A stretch of DNA of 64,000 nucleotides from Mantamonas sphyraenae STR306 (taxonomy: Eukaryota > Protista > CRuMs), in contig JAPMXV010000023.1 in assembly GCA_026936335.1 (NCBI GenBank), forward strand, positions 1-64,000. The letters are read 5' to 3'. Positions 10,659 through 19,762 of the stretch are shown here, piece after piece (the first letter of the stretch is position 1; the number at the start of each line of letters is the position of its first letter). The notes beneath the pieces are model-generated. The model saw only the letters and a list, made by a program, of their open reading frames with translations. It did no database searches and was not told the origin of the DNA. The translations under genes were made by a program, and so were the position numbers.

Positions 10659-12702
10659 TCACCCTCCCCTCCCCACCCACCCAATCACCCTCTCCATCAC
10701 CTCATCCGGCAGTGTCACCCACCCTTCCCACCCTCTCTCCTCCACATACGCTTCCATCCCTCCACACTCAAACATCGCCTCCCTCTCCTCCCCGTTCATC
10801 ACCAACCCCACCTCCATCGCCTCATCCACCTCCGCACTCCACCCAATCCAATGCCACGCCTTCCTCCACCCTGCCTCCCTCACAATCTCCACCGTTTCCA
10901 TCCTCGGCCTCGCACCCCACCCCCGCAACACCTCAACCAACCCGTCCTCCCCTCCCTTCACCCCTCTCTCCAGCGCAGTTTCCTTCCCTCCATCCCCTGC
11001 AAACGTGTCCACAGGCACCCCCCCCTCCTTCAACGCACCCATCTTCTCCAAATCCCCACACTCCACAAACTCCACATGCATGTCCTTGTTCCTCTCCAAC
11101 AGCGACCGCAACGCGTCATTACGAACGCCTTCGAAGTTCCAGCACGACCGATTGCCTTCCATCGCTTGAACAACTGCTGCTGCGCTTTCTGCCCCGATGC
11201 GGTTGCTACCAAGGTCCAGTCTCTGCAAGCTTCTGTTCTCACTCAGTCTCTGCCCCATAGCTGTTGCTCCTTCATCCCCGATGCTGTTGTAGCCGAGGTA
11301 CAGTGTCTGCAAGCTACTGTTCTCCCTCAGTGCCTGCCCCAGTGCTGCTGCTCCTTCGTCCCCGATGCTGTTGAAGCCAAGTAACAGTGACTGCAAGCTG
11401 CCGTTCTCACTCAGTCCTTGCCTCAGTGCTGCTGCTCCTTCTGCACCGATATTGTTATCACTGAGGTCCAGTCTCTGCAAGCTACTGCTCTCGCTCAGTC
11501 CCTTCCCCATTGCTGCTGCTCCTTCGTCCCCGAGGCTGTTGTAGCCAAGGAACAGTGCCTGCAAGCTGCTGTTGTCACTCAGTGCCTGCGCCAATGCTGC
11601 TGCTCCTGCTGCACCCATTCTGTTGTCCCAGAGATTCAGTGTCTGCAAGCTGCTGTTTGCGGTCAGGGCCTGCGCAAGTGCTACTGCTCCTTCTGCCCCG
11701 ATGCTGTTGTTTTCCAGGTTCAGTGTCTGCAAGCTGCTGTTCCCACTCAGTGCCTGCGCAAATGCTGTGGCTCCTTCTGAACCGATGCTGTTGCTCTGGA
11801 GGTACACTTTCTGCAAGCTGCAGTTGTCACCTAGTGCCTGCGCCAGTGCCGCTGCTCCTTCTGACCCGATGCTGTTGCTCTGGAGGTGCACTGTCTGCAA
11901 GCTGCTGTTCTCACTCAGTGCTTGCGCCAGTTCTGCTGCTCCCTCTGCCCCAATTCTGTTGAGGGTGAGAAACAGTGTCTGCAAGCTTCTGTTCTCCCTC
12001 AGTGCTTGCGCCAGTGCTGCTGCACCTTCTGCACCGATGTTGTTGTCGCTGAGTTCCAGTGTCTGCAACATACCGTGCTCACAAAGTGCCTGCGCCAGTG
12101 CTGCTGCGCCTTCTGCCCCGATGCTGTTGCTACCTAGGGACAGTGTCTGCAAGGTGCTGTTCTGACTCAGTCTCTGCGCCAGAGCTGCTGCTCCTTCTGC
12201 CCCGATCCCGTTGTATTCCAGGTTCAGTGTCTGCAAGCTACTGTTCTCACAAAGTGCCTGCGCCAGTGCTGCTGCGCCTTCTGCCCCGATGCTGTTGCTA
12301 TCTAGGGACAGTGTCTGCAAGGTGCTGTTCTCAATTAGTGCCTGCGCAAGTGCCACTGCTCCTTCTGCCCTGATGCTAGTGCTGTCGAGGTCCAGCGTCT
12401 GCAAGCTGCTGTTCTGAGCCAGTGCCCGCGCTAGTGCCACTGCTTCCTTGTCTCCCAGGTCCACGTTGCGAAGGTGCAGTTCCTGTGTGCAACCTGTCAA
12501 CACACGCTCCATCCTTTCCTACATACCCTACACCCATCCCTCCTCCTCCTCCCCTCGTTCGACGATCAAACGTCACGCTCGCCACCTCCCTCCCGATTTC
12601 TTTCGGCCAACTCACCCTTCCTTGAGCCTGTAAAGCTTCCACAATCCGCCCATGGTCCCCGCTCTGCAACAACTCCACCCATCTACCTTTTGCCAATCCC
12701 AT
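10659..12702 (-). CDS. Ribonuclease-inhibitor-type (28-aa, NLRC3-like) LRR protein with C-terminal ankyrin-like repeat and LPDE motif; join complement(12616..12702,10659..12482)
   Basis: About 16 repeats of LxxLxLxxNxIGAEGAAALAQALxxNxS. Tail GVPVD...ETALERGVKGGEDGLVEVLRGWGA (ankyrin-like) and TLPDEVMERVIGWV. Exon 1 ends at a GTGAGT donor and the CACAG acceptor keeps frame. Confidence 0.85.
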
Positions 12703-12939
12703 ATCCTGCGCACTTCCATGAGTGTCAGCTCCTCCCGATTCCTCCCTCCCGTGTCACTCTCTATCCCACCCACACACGCCACAAGTCCCCCCCCCCCACC
12801 CTTCCCTACCCGATGACTGTTCCGAACTCTGTGTGTGTGCAATATGCGTTGGATGCGCCCCCGCACGGAGGACGAGCAGCACTCAAAAAAATCCTTTTCT
12901 TCCACACCTTCACATCCCTTCATTCCCACTCCCTCCCAC

Positions 12940-14414
12940 TCACCCTCCCCTCCCCACCCACCCAATCACCCTCTCCATCACCTCATCCGGCAGTGTCATC
13001 CACTGTGCAGTCGGTTCATACTCCTCCATCCCTCCACACCCAAACATCGCCTCCCTCTCCTCCCCATTCATCACCAACCCCACCTCCATCGCCTCATCCA
13101 CCTCCACACTCCACCCAATCCAATGCCACGCCTTCCTCCACCCTGCCTCCCTCACCATCCCCACCGTTTCCATCCTCGGCCGCGCGCCCCACCCCCGCAA
13201 CACCTCAACCAACCCGTCCTCCCCTCCCTTCACCCCTCTCTCCAGCGCAGTCTCCTTCCCCCCATCCCCTGCAAACGTGTCCACAGGCACACCCCACTCT
13301 CTCAACTCTCTCATCTTCTCAAAATCCCCACACTCCACAAACTCCATGTGCTTCCCCTTGTTTCTCTCCAACAAAAACTGCAGCGCATCGTTCTCGATTC
13401 CCCGAACATCCCAGCACGAACGGTTGCCTTCCAGTCCAACAACCAACGCTGCTTCTCCCACGCGGTTCTCCCCGAGATCCAAAATCTGCAAACTGCTGTT
13501 CGCAACCAACGCCACTGCCAAAGCTGCCGCCCCATTCCCCCCTATGGCATTTCCTCGTAGCCCCAGCCACGTCAGCGTGCTGTTGCGATGCAGACTTTCC
13601 GCCAACGCGCACGCTGCGTCGTTGCCGACCTTACAGCTCGAAAGATCCACCGTGCGCAAGGTGCAGTTCCCACGCAGTGCTCCTGCTATTGCCGCCACTC
13701 CTTCTCTCCCCACGCCATTGTTCCACATGATCAGCACCTCCAAACCATCCAGCGCACGCGCAAGGGCCGCCGCCCCCACGTCCCCAATCCCGTTCCAGCT
13801 CACGCTGAGCCTCCTCAGACTCCTGTTCTCCATCAAACCCTCTGCAATTGCCTCCATCCCAACATCTCCAATGCCGTTATAGGTTAGATCTAGGGTGTGC
13901 AGCCCTGTGTTCCGCTGCAGTGCCGCGCCCAGCGCTCGTGCCCCCTTTTCGCCAATGCGGTTGTTCCACAAGGACAACACCTGCAGTCCACAGTTCACAA
14001 GCAACAATGCTGCCAGTTTCTCCGTTCCCTTATCCCCAATGGCGTTCCTGTTCAAATCCAGCGTCGAAAACCCTTCGCTCTCCACCAGCCCATCAGCCAG
14101 CGCTGCAGCTCCTTCTTCCCCAAGCGTCACCCAATGCAACTTCACCACCTGCAACATTCGGCCATCAGTTCCCTCTTCCCTCCCGCGCAACCCCCCATCC
14201 CACCCCCCACCCCCCCCCCCCCCCCCTTCACCACCTGCAACATTTGGCCATCAGTACCTCTTCCCTCCCGCGCAACCCCCCATCCCACCCCCCACCCCCC
14301 ACCCCCCTACCTCCCCCTCCTCCCAAAACCCACCTTTCCAGCCTCCCCCACCACCACCTTCACCCTTTCGACATCCCCACTCACAACTGCATCCTCTAAC
14401 CCTTCCGTGTTCAT
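12940..14414 (-). CDS. Paralogous RI-type LRR protein with the same ankyrin-like/LPDE C-terminus; join complement(14334..14414,12940..14148)
   Basis: About 9 LRRs and a C-terminal ~150 aa nearly identical to the previous gene. Exon 1 MNTEGLEDAVVSGDVERVKVVVGEAGK resembles exon 1 of the paralog (SGDxxR...G[KR]) and has a phase-0 intron at the same place. Confidence 0.82.
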
Positions 14415-16657
14415 CAAACCCCCATTCCATTGCCCTCACTCCCGCCTTCATCCGCCCACCCATCCCAACTCCTCTCCATCATCTCCTCCATCCTCTCAAC
14501 CCCCACCACCGCCTCCTCCCACTTCCACCGCCTTGCCATACCTGCACACACCTCCCTCGCCGTCTCCACCCGTTCCAACACGTGGCTCTGCAACGCAACT
14601 CCGCCCAGAAACCGTTCCATCTCTGCGCACACCTCCACGCCCTCCTCCGCTCGTCCCAACCCATGCACAACCATCACCGCCTCCACCTTGTGCTGCCATC
14701 GCCACCCATGCCGCAACACACGCGCGTACCCCTCCGACCGCCTCCCATAAACACCCGCCGCGTGCACCACCGCCTTGTCCAACAGCCGCCCACGCTCCTC
14801 TTCGTCCAGCTCCGCCAACAATAGATACGCCTCCACCAATCCGCCTCGAATCCGCGTGTCTGGATGGTGCTTCACAAGCGCCTCCCGTCGCCCGACTGCC
14901 CGGCGCAGGTTTGTTCTCGCACGCCGTGTCTCCCCCTGCTTCATCCGCAGCCGCCCACGCACTTCGTCCCTGTCCGCACGCATCATCACACGTTGGTCCT
15001 CTGTGCTCCCTCCCGTCCTCACGTTTCGCGTCACCCGCCGCACCGCCGCCTCCGCCCGGCCAAGTGCCCCGTCCTCCTTCACCAGCGCCTGTGCCACGCC
15101 CACAAGCACCACATGCCTCACATACGCGTCTTCCACCCTGTGTGTTCTCATCAACGCCTGTGCACGCAGCAGATCCGCGCGAGTTCCCTGCAGCCCGTGC
15201 GCCAACACCGCCCGCTCCACCAACTTTGCTCCATCTTCCCTCTCCTTCCGCTCCATCGACCACCACTCCCACACACCTACTTGTCCCACTGCGTCCACGG
15301 CCCGCTCTGCAAGTCGCAACACCTGCTTGGCGTGCTCCCCGACAACCGCTGCCTCCCTTGCCAGCCCTGCATTCCTCAGCACAACCTCATTCAGCGCCCC
15401 CAGCAGCTCGCTCGTCTCCGTCTGCGTAAGACTGCGCACATTGTGCGCCAGCGCGTCCCTGTATCCCGGCTCCACAGAGAATAGCCGAGGCATCTGTTCG
15501 CTCGGCACAACAATCGACCGCCCCTCCAGCTGTCGTATCGCTGCCTGTGCCTCAGCTTCGCTGCAGCACTCACACGCCGTCTCCAGCACGTCCTCATGCA
15601 CCAACGCCTTTGGCCCCACCGTGTTCAAAACCTTTAGCAAACAACCCGTGCACGCCTCCCTCCGCATCCGTTGCACGTGTCGGTTCCTCTTTGTCGCCGC
15701 ACTGTGCACCCCGTCTACCTGTGTATGTGCCACGGCAGGTCTGCTACCCCATGCACTCCCGCGTCCGTGTTCGCGCAGGTACGCGCTCATCACATCCACC
15801 TCAAACTCCATCTGCTCCCCAAGCCGTTCCACCTGCTCCCTCCGCATCCCATGCCCACCTCCACTCGCCAGCTTGGCCATTTCCATCAGCTCATTGCTGT
15901 CCAGCTTGCTCGAAAGGCGCACAACCTTGGGCGAGTACGCCCCGAGGTGCCTGTGCGCCCCTGAATCCCTCCCCACAAACACAATCGACCCGTTCTCCAG
16001 CCCAATCCTCTCCACCACGCTCGCCAGTCGCCTGCGGTCCTCCACACTGACCCCATCCAGCACAAGCACCCAACGCGTCTCGCGGTCCAACCCCTGCACC
16101 CACCGCGCCACATGCGCCGTGTGCGACTCCCCAAGGTTTGCCCCGCCCAGCCTCTCACTCAGGTCTTCCATGCACCCCTCCAATCCCTGGCCCGTGCCCA
16201 TCAACCATTCTGCCTCGGTGTCTTGCGTCTGCAAATGTGCCACCGCGCTGCTTTTCCCACACCGTGTCGGCCCAGTGATCACAACCACCTCCCCTCCCTT
16301 CAACCGCAGCCCTCTTGTCGCTGTTCGTTGTACAGTCTGGCTCCGCACCACCCACAGCTGCTGCCGCCGCCGTTTCTCTTCTGCCGCCCTTGCCACCGCC
16401 TTCTCCCTCTCTCGCCGCTCCTCCTCCGCCACCCTCTCCCGGCCCTTTTCATACTCCGAGTACCCAAAGTACACGACAAACGGAATCGCCATCCCCTGCA
16501 GAACATTTGCCCCTGCGTTCACAAACGGCAACACGCGCCGAACTTTGCCCATCACCTCCGGATCCACTCCCGGCCCTCCCAGACCAGTGATCAACTCTCT
16601 CCTCCCGCCAATCACGCGCACCCCATTCCCCCTCAGCTTCAACCGTCGCATCATCAT
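14414..16657 (-). CDS. STAND/NB-ARC-like P-loop NTPase with N-terminal hydrophobic segment and C-terminal TPR-like helical repeats
   Basis: Walker A VVVITGPTRCGKS, Walker B WVLVLDG, winged-helix-like AQAAIRQLEGRSIV, Ala/Leu-rich helical C-terminus. N-terminus is basic, then hydrophobic (VLQGMAIPFVVYFGY), then a coiled-coil-like stretch. Divergent, so the family assignment is an inference. Confidence 0.55.
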   Translation of the reverse strand: MMMRRLKLRGNGVRVIGGRRELITGLGGPGVDPEVMGKVRRVLPFVNAGANVLQGMAIPFVVYFGYSEYEKGRERVAEEERREREKAVARAAEEKRRRQQLWVVRSQTVQRTATRGLRLKGGEVVVITGPTRCGKSSAVAHLQTQDTEAEWLMGTGQGLEGCMEDLSERLGGANLGESHTAHVARWVQGLDRETRWVLVLDGVSVEDRRRLASVVERIGLENGSIVFVGRDSGAHRHLGAYSPKVVRLSSKLDSNELMEMAKLASGGGHGMRREQVERLGEQMEFEVDVMSAYLREHGRGSAWGSRPAVAHTQVDGVHSAATKRNRHVQRMRREACTGCLLKVLNTVGPKALVHEDVLETACECCSEAEAQAAIRQLEGRSIVVPSEQMPRLFSVEPGYRDALAHNVRSLTQTETSELLGALNEVVLRNAGLAREAAVVGEHAKQVLRLAERAVDAVGQVGVWEWWSMERKEREDGAKLVERAVLAHGLQGTRADLLRAQALMRTHRVEDAYVRHVVLVGVAQALVKEDGALGRAEAAVRRVTRNVRTGGSTEDQRVMMRADRDEVRGRLRMKQGETRRARTNLRRAVGRREALVKHHPDTRIRGGLVEAYLLLAELDEEERGRLLDKAVVHAAGVYGRRSEGYARVLRHGWRWQHKVEAVMVVHGLGRAEEGVEVCAEMERFLGGVALQSHVLERVETAREVCAGMARRWKWEEAVVGVERMEEMMERSWDGWADEGGSEGNGMGV

Positions 16658-16678
16658 GTCTATTCTATTCCCTTGCAC

Positions 16679-19600
16679 CTAAAGGCGCTCCGCGATCAGC
16701 CCACGCACCTTCACCACACTCTCCCCACGCAGCCGCGTCCAGTCCATCACTCCACCTTCCACCTCTGCCCGCGCACTCTCCCACTCTCCCTCATCCAGCG
16801 ACGACACCCGGTCGTAGTACCACGCCAACCGTTCCCGGTTCTCCTCGGCCCACCCGTCCATCACTCCCATGTACGATTCCTTCCCGCCCGGCCGCACCCC
16901 GTTTGCAAAACTCTGCAGCGCTTTGCTCATCAGCTTCAACGTCGTCATGCTCTCTCTGCCCGGTGCCGTCTCTGTAAACAGCTTCACCTTGAACAGATGC
17001 GGCGTCACCCAACGCAGAAACAACGTGTTTGCCAACGCCCCGGCATACCGCTCCTCCCCGACCACCTCACGCATCACCGCAAACACAGCTCGCATCTCCA
17101 ACGGCATTTCCTCCACCGCATCCACCAGCCCGTCCATCACCGCCGTGCACAGATTTGCCAGACGCGCCGCATCTTCCTCGCTTGCCTCTTTCCCTGGCCC
17201 CATCTCCACGGCCACCTTGTCCTCCACCACATGCCGCACCACGTCTCCCACCACACGTTCCATGTGTTCCAATCCCTGACGCGCCATAAATCGCGTCATG
17301 ATCTTGCTCTCCAGCGAATCCAGACGCAGCAACGGCGCTGCCCCGTTCTTGCTCTTTTCCACCTGCAGCTCCATCAGCACACGCACCAGCCTCCCCATCT
17401 GCTTCCCACACACAAACACCTCCAGCAGGTGCTCCGCCATTTCGTCCACCGCCTCCCCATAGTTCAGCTTCACCACACGTTCCAGCAGCGGCGGATCACG
17501 CGCAAACAAAACGCTCGGCATCACCACAATGCTCATCTGCTGCGTCCGTATCTGCTCCACAACCTCCATCTCGTCCTCTCCCCCCACCACCTGCGACACG
17601 TCCGAGTATGCGTCGTCCATCGCCAGCGCACTCACGTCTCCGGCCTCCACATCCCTCGGCGCCCGGATGACCCCGGTTGCCAGCGGGTCCACAAACGGCT
17701 CCCCGTCCTCCGCCGCCTCCTCCAGCTCTCCATACTTCAGCTTCAGTCTCGATTCCGGGTGTCCCTCTCGCGCCGCCCGCTCGTAAAGCCGTTGTGCTGC
17801 CCCAATGTTCCTCGCCACTCCGGCTCCTTCCTGGTACAGCCGCCCCAGGTTGTACAGCGCCTCCACGTGCCCTCCCAACGCACCCAGCCGATACCAACGT
17901 GCAGCCTCTTCCAGACTCTGCGCCACCCCCAGCCCTCGCTCGTGCAACATGCCCAGCGCGTTCTGGCAATGTGCATCCTCTGCAAGCGCCCCGTCTTGAA
18001 AGTACTGCGCCGCCAGACGCACGTTCTGCTCCACCCCTATCCCTTCCAGCAGCATGTCCGCCACTCGCACCACGCTTTCCATGTGTCCCCCGTCCGCTGC
18101 CAGGGTGTAGTGCCGAAACGCAAGCCACGCGCTCTGCTCCACCTCCAGCCCGTGCTCGTACATCACTCCCAGGTGGTACGCCGCCTCGCTGCTGCCCATG
18201 TCCTGTGCCAGTCGCAACATGCGCGCCGCCTCAAAGTACTGCTGCTGCTGCAGGTACATGTACCCGAGATTGCACATCCCAGCCGGGTGGTGCTTCTCCG
18301 CCGCCGCCTTGTAATGCTTCATCGCCAGCGCCAGGTCCTGCGGCACTCCGTCCCCGCACTCTCGTAGCACGTGCCCAGGTTGTTTGCTGCCGACGCGTTC
18401 CCGCTTGCCGCCGCGCTGGCAAACAGCTCCACTGCCCGCACCTTGTCCGTGTACACCCCGTTGTCCTCCTTAAACAGCAGCGACCCCAGATTGTTCTGTG
18501 CCGTCGCCTGCCCGCCTCGACACGCCAGTTCGTAGTACTCCATAGCCTTTTGCAGCCCGCCCATCACCAGTCCCTTTTCGTACAGGTAGCCCAGCGCCGC
18601 TGCTGCGTCGTAGTGGCCCTGCAGCGCCGCCTTGTTGTAGTACTCTGCCGCCACTCCAATGTCTCGCGACACACCCACGCCTCGCTCGTACAGCGAGCCC
18701 AGCGCATACGCAGCCGCCGGCCACCGCGTCGCCGCCATGTCGTACCAGTGTGCCGCCAGCGCCGGGTTTGCATCCCTGCCCAGCCCGTGCTCAATCATGT
18801 GTCCGATGTTGTACTGTGCAGGCGCATACGGCACCGCCGCTGCACGTTCGTACCGTGCGTATGCCACCTGGTAGCTCTGCGGATACCCGTACCCGAAAAA
18901 AGTACTTGTCTCCCTGCGCCGTCAGCTGGATCGCGTCGTCCTGGTCCAGCTCCTTCCAATCGTTGAACCCAGGCAGACCTGCCGCCAGCGCCAGTTTGCT
19001 CACGTTACTGCTCGCCTCCCCGGCCTCGTCCAGGCCCCGTGTCGCCAGCGCCAGCGTCAGAGCGCTTGTAAAATCGTTCACCTGGTACCCAAACTCCCTC
19101 TGGATCTTTTCAAACCGTTCCCCATGCTTGCTCTGCTGCCGAAACCCCGACGCGTCCTTCATGCTGCGCCCGTCCTCTCCCTGTGTCAGTCTTCCTCTCT
19201 GCACCCTTCTTCCGCACTCGCAAAAACAAAACTTCTGCGCGCCACCTACATTCCCAGCTCCCCGTTGCTCGTCTCCAGAAAGTTCACAAAGCTCAACAGC
19301 GACTGCTTCACCATCTTGTCCTCCGAATGTGCCTGCAGCACCCTCGACAGTTTCTCCAGCAGATTCTACACCGAGCACGCGCCCCGATTCCTCAATGTCA
19401 GCCAACGGCCGCCCGCCAAAATCCGTTCCCGCTCCCTCCCTCCCTCCCTCCCTCCCTCCTTCCCTCCTTCCCCCCCGTCCCCGCTCCCCTCACCTGAGCC
19501 TGCGCACACCGGTTCATAAACTCATCGCTCGCCTTCAACTTCTGCTTGCTCACCAACCCTTCCGCCAACCGATACGTGTCCGCCAACAAACTCTCCAGCC

Positions 19601-19688
19601 GCTCCACCACCGCATTTCCCTGCTGCCGAATCGCCCTGGCCCCACCTGCACTCCCCACTCCTTCACCTCTCGATTGCTCTCTGCTCAT
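16679..19688 (-). CDS. SEL1-like repeat protein fused to a RasGAP domain (5' introns approximate; two frame breaks at ~18360 and ~18900)
   Basis: Many SEL1 repeats (AQYNIGHMIEHGLG, ALYNLGRLYQEGAGV). RasGAP motifs LLRLDSLESK (arginine-finger region) and LFLRWVTP. Confidence 0.8.
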
Positions 19689-19762
19689 TCACAGTTCTCT
19701 TCGCTTGAGCTTGCCCCACCCGCCGCCAACCAAACAACCCACAACAACACCACAACCACAAC

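Larger units (their letters stand above)
373..10845 (+). repeat. Tandem segmental triplication (unit starts near 373, 4214 and 8091)
   Basis: CCATCYGCCTTCAACMAAARTATCACCAACACCCACAACA recurs ~95 nt upstream of each ATG. The intron, CDS and 3' flank are all repeated. Confidence 0.9.

Noticed and set aside
373-10845. Telomere-associated retrotransposon (HeT-A/TART-like) reading of the tandem units
   Set aside because: The units contain a spliceosomal intron and show no RT, endonuclease, gag zinc knuckle, poly(A) tail or terminal repeats.
14775-18367. Long + strand ORFs of 635 and 751 aa, and similar antisense ORFs such as 21125-22636 and 39227-41338
   Set aside because: Shadow frames of real genes on the opposite strand. 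High GC and biased codons suppress stops, and the products have no recognisable motifs.
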